64,000 nucleotides of DNA from Candidatus Lindowbacteria bacterium RIFCSPLOWO2_12_FULL_62_27 (GTDB lineage Bacteria; Lindowbacteria; 2-12-FULL-62-27). Each line of letters opens with the position of its first letter. Within the stretch, counting starts at the first letter, position 1. Below are positions 1 to 8,694 of the stretch, one piece after another. Location of the stretch: assembly GCA_001784175.1 (NCBI GenBank), contig MFPR01000004.1, positions 434,001 through 498,000 on the forward strand, given 5' to 3'. The notes under the pieces are model-generated. The model did no database searches and had not been told where the DNA came from. It worked only from the letters and a program-made list of their open reading frames with translations. A program made the translations under genes and the position numbers.

Positions 1-466
1 ACGCCACCATCACCGATTCCCACACGGTTCCCTCGTTGGATTCGCCGTCGCCAATGAGGACAAGCACCCGCCGATCCGACTTCTTGAGTTTCAGGCCAAG
101 CGCCATGCCCACGCCCACCCCGATGCCGTGGCCGAGAGAACCGGTTGAAACCTCAACACCCGGTACTTTAAGCCTGTCAGGATGACAGCCGAAGTCCGAA
201 CCGAATGCACCATAGGAGTGCACTTTTTCAACATCGAAATAACCGAAATGGGCCAGAACACAATACAGTCCCAGCGAGGCGTGGCCCTTGCTCAAGATTG
301 AGATATCGCGTCCTTCCCAAGACGGATTGGCCGGGTCATGACGGATCGTCTGGTAGACGCCGTAGAGCATTTCGACAACTGAAAAGCAGGTCGGGATATG
401 TCCATGCCCGCTGGCCTTGGAAATCCGCAGGATATTCCTGCGAATTTCCCTGCACGCGGCAATCAT
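1..466 (-). CDS. Transketolase N-terminal (ThDP-binding) subunit, partial; runs off the window start
   Basis: Not in the ORF track. Hand translation from ATG 466 (ATGA overlap with the upstream stop): MIAACREIRRNILRISKASGHGHIPTCFS...SKGHASLGLY...HPDRLKVPGVEVSTGSLGHG...LIGDGESNEGTVWE. Confidence 0.9.
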   Translation of the reverse strand, partial: MIAACREIRRNILRISKASGHGHIPTCFSVVEMLYGVYQTIRHDPANPSWEGRDISILSKGHASLGLYCVLAHFGYFDVEKVHSYGAFGSDFGCHPDRLKVPGVEVSTGSLGHGIGVGVGMALGLKLKKSDRRVLVLIGDGESNEGTVWESVMVA

Positions 467-1683
467 TTCATTCGACCCGCCGGTTCGAGATCTCCCCGCG
501 GCGCCGGGACCCACTCGCCCTGCAATTCCAGCGAGTGATGGACGGCTTCGACGACCGCCGTCGACGGCAAAGCGGCCCGGAATGTCGGGCGGCAGGCCGC
601 CAAATCCGCCGGCCGGAGGCGGCCGGTCTTCAAGGTGGCAACATCCTCGATGAACTGCCGGATGCTGCGGTATCCGTAGCCTCCGAATCGCGGCGCGCCG
701 TCGGGGCCGGGCAGGATCGAGGAAAAGTACGGGTTCGGAACGGACACGGGCTGTCCGTCCAGAGCGAGTTCCAGGCCGCGATTTTTTTGATCGCTGTCGC
801 ACCGGCCCGCCGAACCGATGAGCGAAATTTTCTGATCCGACATCGCCGTCGTGGAATCCGGATCAATCCAGTTGAGCGCAAAGGTCGAGACAAACCGGTT
901 GCCGGACGGCTCCTCCCATTCGACCATCGCCTGAATCGAATCCCACGTGTCAATGCCCCGCCCGGCCAGCCATCCCTTCTGGCCGACGGCCATCGCCCGC
1001 ACCGGCAGGGCGCCGGTCAGGAAATGGAGGAAATCCGCGTAGTGGACGCCGAGATATTGAAAGACGTTTGTCTGCGCGGCCCATGATTTGAAAAGCGTTT
1101 GAGGCACCATTTTTTTCTGGCTGAAGGCCACGGCCGCATATCGCAACTGCCCGAGCCGGCCGTCCCGGACGAGTGACTTGAGAAACAGGTTGGCCTCGTC
1201 CCAGCGCTTGTGGAATTCGACCGCGCCGTGGACCCCCTTCGATTCCGCCGCGTGGACCAGCCGGACGGCCTCGGCCACGGTTGGAGTGAGCGGCTTGACG
1301 ACAAGACAATGGACGCCGGCATCGATGAGATGGGACGCCAGATCAAAATGCGTTGCGTCCGGCGTCACCACGATCGCCGCGTCAAACCGGCCGCGGGAAA
1401 GCGCCTCGCGATACGCCTGCGGGTCGGTTCCCGCGCGCGGCACGCCGTCGACCGAGAGCCGCGTCCCGAGCCGTTCGTTCAAGGCTTCGAGTTTTCCCCG
1501 GAGGATTCTGACGCTGGACGCAGCCGTCGCCGCCACCGTCACTCGATCGATGAGCCCGTCCCGGTGGCACTCCGCCACCGCCGGCAACACCGTCCCATAC
1601 CCCTCCATCCCGCGGCCGCACACATAGACGCCCGCGCCAATCACCAGCACGTTTACAGCATCCATATCAAGCGCTGCCATCAT
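463..1683 (-). CDS. Gfo/Idh/MocA family NAD(P)-dependent oxidoreductase
   Basis: VLVIGAG Rossmann motif; VVTPDATH, HCLVVKP, EFHKRWD. Confidence 0.85.
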   Translation of the reverse strand: MMAALDMDAVNVLVIGAGVYVCGRGMEGYGTVLPAVAECHRDGLIDRVTVAATAASSVRILRGKLEALNERLGTRLSVDGVPRAGTDPQAYREALSRGRFDAAIVVTPDATHFDLASHLIDAGVHCLVVKPLTPTVAEAVRLVHAAESKGVHGAVEFHKRWDEANLFLKSLVRDGRLGQLRYAAVAFSQKKMVPQTLFKSWAAQTNVFQYLGVHYADFLHFLTGALPVRAMAVGQKGWLAGRGIDTWDSIQAMVEWEEPSGNRFVSTFALNWIDPDSTTAMSDQKISLIGSAGRCDSDQKNRGLELALDGQPVSVPNPYFSSILPGPDGAPRFGGYGYRSIRQFIEDVATLKTGRLRPADLAACRPTFRAALPSTAVVEAVHHSLELQGEWVPAPRGDLEPAGRMK

Positions 1684-1727
1684 AATGAATGCCCGGACAA
1701 GTTACAAGGCGGTTCCGCCGCATCCCA

Positions 1728-4010
1728 TCACATCCGGTCGGACTCGGTGATCTGCTCGACGAGCCTGACATAGTCCGGGCCTGAGAGCCGAAAGAACGCT
1801 TCAAAGTATCCCGCGCCGCCGGCAAGCCAGCTTCGGTGGCTGTTCGTGCCCGACGTGCAGTGGACGTAGTCGAAGGCGGCCGACTGGGATTTGAACATCG
1901 CGATGGCCTTGCGTTTTTTCTCCATCCAGCCGGTGATGTCGACCAGGACATTCGCGGGCAGGGTGGACCAGATTTCGTAGGCGTAGACGGTGATCGGGCG
2001 CGGATAAAATTCCCGCAGGACGCGCGCGAGCATGACGTTGGCCCGGCGGTGGTCGGGGTGGGCGTCGAAGGCAAACGGGATCCAGACGGCGTCCGGCTGA
2101 AAGCCGGTGAAGACCCCGGCCAGCTCCCGGACTTTTTCGTCCTTGATCACGAACGTCGGAATGGCCGGGCAGTCGAGGAAGACCGGCTCGGCGACGCCAA
2201 GCTCCCCGGCGACCCGCCGCGCCTCCTCCTTTCGGACCACCGTCATTTCTGATCTCGACCAAGGACCACTCCGATAGGCGCCGTCGGTCAGATAGACGAT
2301 CTGGACGGTTTTGCCCTCGGCCGCGTTCTTGAGGATCGTGCCGCCGCATCCGATGACTTCGTCGTCCTGATGCGGCGCGATGAACAGCATGTTCTTTTCC
2401 GAAAACGCCGGCACCGGCGCCGGGCGGGCCACGAGGGCATTGAAGGACTCGAGATGGGTCAACAGCGGCGTCAGCTTGTTCTTGATGAGTACGGAAAGAT
2501 ATTCCAGCCCCAGTTTCTCGTGAGAAAATCGCTCGAGTTCGAAGAAATGATCGTCCAGCCGTTTCAGCTCATAGGCCCAATCGGCCACCCAGACCGCCAG
2601 CGAGTCACGCGGCCAGACGGTGCGGACGAAATCAAATATGTTGGCGAAGGCGTCAACGATCTCCCTGGGATATTGGACGCTCATCCCGTGCGCGGAAAAA
2701 ATCACCTGGTCGAAATCGGTCCGCAAAAGTTCGTCCCGGACGCCGGCCGGGATGACCTCCGCCGTCAGCCGGCCGCGCGGGTATTTCAGGATGCGCAACG
2801 GTGGGTACAGATACGAAAAAGATTCCGGCATATCGAGGTTGGTCAGGACCGTGACATTTTCCGCGCCGCACAGGGCGAGCGCCCGTTCGAGCACAAACGC
2901 CCAGTGATCATAGGGCGACGTTCGGATGAGGAGGGTTTTGCGGCCGGCGATGGCGTCGAGATGCGTATTCGGATCCTTTAATCGATAAACAAACACCGGT
3001 GACCCCCGATCCGCGGCCGGCGGACGGCCGACATTCGTGAAGAACCGATCGCCCGTGCCCAGCGAGAGATAGACCGCGCCCCCCGGGTCGAGGGACGCGG
3101 GCAGTTTGATCCAGCAGCCCAGATTCGCCGGCCCCTCCACAAGCTCGAAGCCGGCGGAGATCAGCGCCTCTTTTTCACGCTCCCCCGACACGGAAATCGC
3201 GATGCGCCTGCACGCGACGCTCGGCGCGGTCGCGTGAAGCGCATGAACAAATCCGGCGAACCACGCCCGCCCGTCCGCGACCAAGTCGCCGAGCATGAAA
3301 TACTCCATAACCATCAAGCACGGCTGGCGGTCAAGCTCGCTGATCTGGACCACGGCGCAAAGGTGTTCGGGGCCGCCGGGATGCTGCAGCGAGACAAAGA
3401 GCGGCGACGCCAGCGGATACTGCTCATACCGCCATCGCAGAGACTGCGGATCGACGGCATGCGACAACCCGCCATCCCGGACCGGGGCGCCGAGGGCGGC
3501 GGGCAGGTGCGTGTAGATACGGTGAACGTATCCCGAATTTCCCGAAGGCGCCGCCGGCGCGACCAGGTAATGGGAGGCGATGCGCGAAAACTTGAGCGCC
3601 GTGTACATGCGGTTCGTGGTTTCGTTTTCGAAATTCGCGCTGGCGGTAAACAGGGCGTGCCGCGGAAATTTTTGCAGGACCGCGCTCAGCAGGGGAATTC
3701 CGGCGCCGCGGCATTCCGGGTCGACGCAATAATCGACCAGCCCGATGGCCGGAGTTGCGCGATGGCCGACGATGAATCTTCCCGGCATGAGCCCCATGAG
3801 TCCCGCGAGGGCCCCGGCCTTGCGCGCCACGAGCGCCGCCGGGATGTCCGGTTCTCTCCAAGGATTGTCGAAAAATTTCCAGCGCCAGAGTTTCCGTTCG
3901 TCCGAAAGCGACAGGTGGGTGGGGAGGAACCGGCGCCGGAATTTGATCAGCCCGGTCGCGTCGGTCTCCGCCGGCCACGGCTCGATCGACACCTCCAAAT
4001 TCACAGCCAC
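1728..4010 (-). CDS. Three-domain fusion: GNAT-like N-terminus, GT9-N-like middle domain, PIG-L/LmbE N-deacetylase C-terminus
   Basis: N-terminal WRWKFFDNP...DYCVDPECRGAG (GNAT); C-terminal IAPHQDDEVIGCGG, LTDG, DAHPDH, YEIW (PIG-L). Confidence 0.75.
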   Translation of the reverse strand: MAVNLEVSIEPWPAETDATGLIKFRRRFLPTHLSLSDERKLWRWKFFDNPWREPDIPAALVARKAGALAGLMGLMPGRFIVGHRATPAIGLVDYCVDPECRGAGIPLLSAVLQKFPRHALFTASANFENETTNRMYTALKFSRIASHYLVAPAAPSGNSGYVHRIYTHLPAALGAPVRDGGLSHAVDPQSLRWRYEQYPLASPLFVSLQHPGGPEHLCAVVQISELDRQPCLMVMEYFMLGDLVADGRAWFAGFVHALHATAPSVACRRIAISVSGEREKEALISAGFELVEGPANLGCWIKLPASLDPGGAVYLSLGTGDRFFTNVGRPPAADRGSPVFVYRLKDPNTHLDAIAGRKTLLIRTSPYDHWAFVLERALALCGAENVTVLTNLDMPESFSYLYPPLRILKYPRGRLTAEVIPAGVRDELLRTDFDQVIFSAHGMSVQYPREIVDAFANIFDFVRTVWPRDSLAVWVADWAYELKRLDDHFFELERFSHEKLGLEYLSVLIKNKLTPLLTHLESFNALVARPAPVPAFSEKNMLFIAPHQDDEVIGCGGTILKNAAEGKTVQIVYLTDGAYRSGPWSRSEMTVVRKEEARRVAGELGVAEPVFLDCPAIPTFVIKDEKVRELAGVFTGFQPDAVWIPFAFDAHPDHRRANVMLARVLREFYPRPITVYAYEIWSTLPANVLVDITGWMEKKRKAIAMFKSQSAAFDYVHCTSGTNSHRSWLAGGAGYFEAFFRLSGPDYVRLVEQITESDRM

Positions 4011-5968
4011 GACCCCACCAGGTCCGTGAACGATTCAATCTGATCCGGTTGAAAACAATGCTCGCGCGCCAGTTCCGGCGGAAGGCGCCGGCCGGCATGC
4101 GCCGCCAGGAGATTCCGGAGGGCGGAAGACAGATATTTCTTCTCCCGCACCGCGTACACGGCCGAGGGCGCCGGCGCCGCGGCCGAATCGATCATTCGGG
4201 CCGGAAGCTGGACGTAGCGGCCGCCGCCGCCGTAGATGAGCGCCGGAATTCCGTTGTGGACGGCCTCCTCCACCGTCGCCGAGTAGAAACTCACGAGAAG
4301 GTCGGCGATCGAGAGAACCTCGGAGAATCGCCCGTCGGCGCTGACGAGCAGACGGTCTGATTTCGGGAGCAAGTCCAGCAGGTCCCGCTTTGAAAACTGC
4401 CCGCTGGGCCGGAACCGGACGACCAGCACGCAGTCCTCGATTTCCGACACCGCCTCCAGCAGGTCCTGGACGCTCCGCAGATATTCATCCGGATATTCGC
4501 AGATGAAAAAATGGTGCGCCGCGCGCGTCCGCGGCGTACTCGCGTGGAGAACGATGCGGGTCCGGCCGTTCAGATCCGGCGACACGCGGCGCTTGATCCT
4601 GTCGCGCAGATCCTCCAACGGTTTCCCATCCGGCAGGCGCGACCAGATCAGGGGCCCGGTCCGGAGCCGGCGCGCGGGAACCCTCGCGTCTTCCGCGAAT
4701 CGGGCGGCCCAAGGTGACTGGAGGGCCACGGCGGGGTACGTCGAATGGATGAGCCGCCGGGCCACGTGATCGTGCTCGATCTGCGCCTCCCTCTCCCGCG
4801 CGGGCACGCTGGACCCGTGCGAAATCAGTACGGCCGGCACCTGCCGATGCGCGCACAGCTCGCCGAGCGCGCAGAGGGCGTCGGAACTTGTATGGGACAG
4901 GACAAATTTAGGGTTGAGGACGGACACGAGTTCCTCGAGGGCTGCGGCGCTCCGAAAAATTCCGGCCTGGGCCGGCGCGATATCCGTCTGAATCTTGTTC
5001 ATGAGCCATGGGCCGAGCCTGACGCCGCGATAGGAAAACAGATCCGGATTTTCCCGGATCCAGTCCAAGAATTGTTTTTCAAACGCAGCGCACAGGCGCC
5101 GGGCTTCGTCCATGGATCGGGCGGAATGCCGCGACAAAAAATGCAGCGGGACGAGAAACGGGCCCTTTTCGCCCCGCAGGAGAATCCGGGCGGAGCGCTT
5201 GAGACATTTTTTCAGCTCGATCCATGACGAAACTTTCGTTTCGGTGTCCGGCCACAGCCAGACGATCCGGGGATATCGGGCGCCGATCCGCCGGACCAGG
5301 TCGTCCATGCCGTATCCGGGATTTGAAATGAGGGCTGTGGGCCGGGACGAAATCGACCTCAACAGAAACCGGCACACCGTTCGGATGCACCCATCGAGCA
5401 ACACCGAACGCCCCCCAGGGGCGGCCTCGGGTGGACCCCCGCCATCCTTGCCGGCGTCCACCTCGACGCAGGGTATCCCCCGCTGATCTGTGAAGGCCTT
5501 GGTGAGTTCTCCCACATATCGTTCGTCATCTCGAATCAAAGGGTTTGGCGTGACGAATCCATGCGGGACGCTCCGGCGGCGAGCCGCCGCCCATTTCCCG
5601 ACGGGAACCTGTTCCTGGATACGATGGAGGATTTCCACGTGGACCATCAAATGCGCGAGAAACATGCGGACGTGGAAAACCACGCTGTCGCGATACGTCT
5701 GCCGGACCAGAAATCCGTCCGGCACGTGGAGGTGATCCTGCACGAACCGGCACATCTCCTCCAGTTCCAGAACGATCTTCCGGTGCGACGCGGTGTCGAA
5801 AAAATCCAGGGTCGACCGGCAGGGAATATGTCGCCGCCGAAGTTCCGCGCGAACGGCCGGTGTCAGGCCCACAAGGCACAGCGCGTCGCCAAAGATGCCT
5901 TCGCGCCCCGCATGGGCGACCATGGCCTCCGCCTCGTCCACGAATTCGCACAGCGCCGCCAGGGTCAT
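4001..5968 (-). CDS. Large surface-carbohydrate biosynthesis protein with GT-B-like C-terminus (putative glycosyltransferase)
   Basis: 655 aa; LISHG, TGPLIW, VRFRP and ADLLVSFYSATVEEAVHNGIP patterns typical of GT-B/capsule-type proteins; operon coupling. Confidence 0.55.
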   Translation of the reverse strand: MTLAALCEFVDEAEAMVAHAGREGIFGDALCLVGLTPAVRAELRRRHIPCRSTLDFFDTASHRKIVLELEEMCRFVQDHLHVPDGFLVRQTYRDSVVFHVRMFLAHLMVHVEILHRIQEQVPVGKWAAARRRSVPHGFVTPNPLIRDDERYVGELTKAFTDQRGIPCVEVDAGKDGGGPPEAAPGGRSVLLDGCIRTVCRFLLRSISSRPTALISNPGYGMDDLVRRIGARYPRIVWLWPDTETKVSSWIELKKCLKRSARILLRGEKGPFLVPLHFLSRHSARSMDEARRLCAAFEKQFLDWIRENPDLFSYRGVRLGPWLMNKIQTDIAPAQAGIFRSAAALEELVSVLNPKFVLSHTSSDALCALGELCAHRQVPAVLISHGSSVPAREREAQIEHDHVARRLIHSTYPAVALQSPWAARFAEDARVPARRLRTGPLIWSRLPDGKPLEDLRDRIKRRVSPDLNGRTRIVLHASTPRTRAAHHFFICEYPDEYLRSVQDLLEAVSEIEDCVLVVRFRPSGQFSKRDLLDLLPKSDRLLVSADGRFSEVLSIADLLVSFYSATVEEAVHNGIPALIYGGGGRYVQLPARMIDSAAAPAPSAVYAVREKKYLSSALRNLLAAHAGRRLPPELAREHCFQPDQIESFTDLVGSWL

Positions 5969-7806
5969 GCGCGAACGGACGCGGCGCGAACGGCGTCCGG
6001 CAGGAACGATTCGAGCGGCGTTTCAAAAGCGAGCCGGGCCGCCACGAATTCCTCGACCGCGACCGCTGCGCCTCCGCGCCGGCTCTCGATTTGCCTGAGC
6101 TTCGCCATCAGGTCCTCATAGGTCTCCTCCGGATAAACATGGGCGCACCCCTCCGGCAGATCGATCCATTCGATGTCGAACGCCCGGGCCGGCACGAGGT
6201 GGATGGCCGGCCGGCCCAGCGCGAGCGCGTCGAGATAGGCCGAGGTCGACGTCCAGATCACCGCGCGCGACTGCCGGATCAGGCCCGCCGTGGGTCCCGC
6301 AGCCAGCTCCCATTCGGCTGGAACGTCCACGGAAATCCGGCGCAGGCTTTCCTTCAAGGCGCTCCAATCCATCAGCGTATGGAGTTTGATGCCGACCCGA
6401 CAGGCACGACCGGCCAGGAGGCCAACCAGCCGATGAAGGAGATCGAGTGATTCGGAAAAAACGGACGGAGAGAAAACGAGAAAGTCATACCGAAGCGGCG
6501 CCTCCTGACCGGATTTTCGAGCCTGATCGAGGGAATGAAACCGGAGCGGATACACGATGCGAACGTCCGGGAAGCCCGTTTTCCGCAGGCGCTCGGCAAA
6601 GGCCGGCCCGCTCGACAGAATCGTGTCGGGCCGCGGCGCCATCCGGATTTCCTTCGGCGAGGACTCGCAGGCCGTCTGCAAATCAAAGAGGGCCGCGTGC
6701 TGATAGGCGCCAATCCAGACGCCCGGGAAACTTCGTTTGAGTTCCAGGCAGAACATTTTTTCCCACGGCTGATTCTCAAACGGCAGGTACGCCGCGCCGA
6801 TCCGCCACTGGAGACCCCGGAGACGCCGGACGAGGCGGCGGTGCAGCAGGGAAAAGACGAAAACCGGATCGAAGGCCGTTTTTTGGATTTCCGACCGAAT
6901 CAACGGGCGGACATCCACCCCGCAAAACAAAGCGCGCGACGGCCGAAAGGAGGAAGGCACGAGCGTACGAATCCATACGGCCAGCACATCCCGCATCGGC
7001 ACGATTAGATCGAAGGCCACGAGATCCCGGCGCGCCCTCAGAAGCTCCGCCAGACGCGGCGCGTCCGCGGGACGGTTCAGGCAGACCACCGTCAGCGGAT
7101 GAAACCCCGCCTGCCGGAGCCGGTCCGGCAAGCCTTCGAAATAGACGTCATGGAACCGGCCGTTCGATGCGGCGACGGGGAAGTACCACGAACGAATCAG
7201 CGCGACGGGGCCGTCCGGGGCGACGGCGCGACGGGAACACCCGCCGGACCGCAGGGCCCGGCGTTTCATCCATTCCTCTTTAAGAAATTTCCAGCGCGGC
7301 GTCACATACCGCACGAGATCCTTCCAGGCCCACCGGACGGACCACCGGGGCCGGCCACGCCAGCGCCGGACGGCGGCGCCGGTCGCGGCGAAAAACGTTT
7401 CCAACACATCAGCCAGCGCCGGATGCTCGATCACCAGAAACAACGCCCGCGGGCGCGCCGACTCGACGTACGACCGCACCATGTCCAGCCAGGCCAGGCA
7501 AAAAAAGAGCGGGGAGAGATAGGGACTCTTGGACGACACCGGCGTCGCCCACCATTCCGGATCCGCGGCCTCCTCCGCCAGATTTCCCATCAAGTCCAAA
7601 AACTCGGGCTTGATCCGCACGCACGCCTCCCGGAACAGCCGCGCCGTCGGCGGCGCGACCATCGCATGCGAAACCGCCCATGCGAGCGTTTCCTGCGCCT
7701 TGAGGTAATTGGATCCCAGATAAAAACAGTGGGCCTCCCCTTCCCCCTCCTGAATCCTGGCCCGGTCCATGATCGATACAATCGAAGGCGCCAGGACGAC
7801 CTTCAT
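5965..7806 (-). CDS. Surface-carbohydrate biosynthesis protein (TIGR04326-like, GT-B-like)
   Basis: Start ATG 7806 after GAGAGGG; WWATPVSSKSP, DVYFEGL, PFENQPWEK, AYQH, IKLH, TSAYLDALALG. Confidence 0.55.
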   Translation of the reverse strand: MKVVLAPSIVSIMDRARIQEGEGEAHCFYLGSNYLKAQETLAWAVSHAMVAPPTARLFREACVRIKPEFLDLMGNLAEEAADPEWWATPVSSKSPYLSPLFFCLAWLDMVRSYVESARPRALFLVIEHPALADVLETFFAATGAAVRRWRGRPRWSVRWAWKDLVRYVTPRWKFLKEEWMKRRALRSGGCSRRAVAPDGPVALIRSWYFPVAASNGRFHDVYFEGLPDRLRQAGFHPLTVVCLNRPADAPRLAELLRARRDLVAFDLIVPMRDVLAVWIRTLVPSSFRPSRALFCGVDVRPLIRSEIQKTAFDPVFVFSLLHRRLVRRLRGLQWRIGAAYLPFENQPWEKMFCLELKRSFPGVWIGAYQHAALFDLQTACESSPKEIRMAPRPDTILSSGPAFAERLRKTGFPDVRIVYPLRFHSLDQARKSGQEAPLRYDFLVFSPSVFSESLDLLHRLVGLLAGRACRVGIKLHTLMDWSALKESLRRISVDVPAEWELAAGPTAGLIRQSRAVIWTSTSAYLDALALGRPAIHLVPARAFDIEWIDLPEGCAHVYPEETYEDLMAKLRQIESRRGGAAVAVEEFVAARLAFETPLESFLPDAVRAASVRA

Positions 7807-7837
7807 CGCACCCTCTCGCGAATTCATAACGCAAAAA

Positions 7838-7866
7838 ATATTATCCTCTGGAAGCTGTTTTGCCAA
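7838..7866 (-). promoter_or_regulatory. Sigma70-like promoter TTGGCA-N17-TAATAT for the leftward operon
   Basis: AT-rich divergent intergenic region; exact 17-nt spacer. Confidence 0.5.
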
Positions 7867-7904
7867 TATGGTATGAAACGACCGGATCAAGAGAGGGGGG
7901 ACAC

Positions 7905-8693
7905 GTGAAGCCATTGGATGTTATCGCCATCATACCGGCGCGCATGGGATCATCCCGTTTTCCGGGCAAGCCCCTTGCCTCCATCCTTGGGCGGCCGATG
8001 ATCGAACACGTCTACCGGCGCTGCTCGTTGTGCCGGCGGATCAAGGGTGTCTACGTGGCCACATGCGATACAGAGATCCGGCGGGTCGTCGAGGGATTTG
8101 GCGGCGCCGTCGTGATGACGTCGGACCACCACCAGCGCCCAAGCACACGGGTGGCGGAAGCGGCGCGCGGCCTGGCGGCCGATGTGGTCGTGATGGTCCA
8201 GGGCGACGAACCGATGATCGTGCCCGACATGATCGAACGGTCCGTCGAACCGTTTTTTCAAGATCCCGCCGTCGTCTGCGTCAATCTCATTCAGCGGATC
8301 GACCAGGACGAGGATGTGCGGGATCCGAATACGATCAAAGTCGTCATGGACCGCCATGGACACGCGCTCTATTTTTCCCGCCAGCCGGTTCCCGGCTTTC
8401 ATCCCGGCGAGCATCGAATGCCGGAGGTTCCATTCTACAAGCAGGTCTGTGTCATTCCGTTCCGCCGCGATTTTCTGCTGCTCTACGATCAACTGGCCCC
8501 CACGCCGCTGGAACTGATCGAATCGATCGACATGCTCCGCGTGCTGGAGCACGGTCACCGGGTGCGCCTCGTGGAAACGCCGTTCAAGACCCATGCGGTC
8601 GACACACCGGCCGACCTCGCACGGGTCGAATCCCGGATGCTGTCCGACCCGCTGGTCGCGGCCTACGCGCCGCCGGCACCCTCGCACGCCTGA
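7905..8693 (+). CDS. kdsB: 3-deoxy-manno-octulosonate cytidylyltransferase (CMP-Kdo synthetase family)
   Basis: IIPARMGSSRFPGKPL, VQGDEP, ALYFSR, VDTPADL; GTG start after GAGGGG. Confidence 0.85.
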   Translation: MKPLDVIAIIPARMGSSRFPGKPLASILGRPMIEHVYRRCSLCRRIKGVYVATCDTEIRRVVEGFGGAVVMTSDHHQRPSTRVAEAARGLAADVVVMVQGDEPMIVPDMIERSVEPFFQDPAVVCVNLIQRIDQDEDVRDPNTIKVVMDRHGHALYFSRQPVPGFHPGEHRMPEVPFYKQVCVIPFRRDFLLLYDQLAPTPLELIESIDMLRVLEHGHRVRLVETPFKTHAVDTPADLARVESRMLSDPLVAAYAPPAPSHA

Positions 8694-8694
8694 C

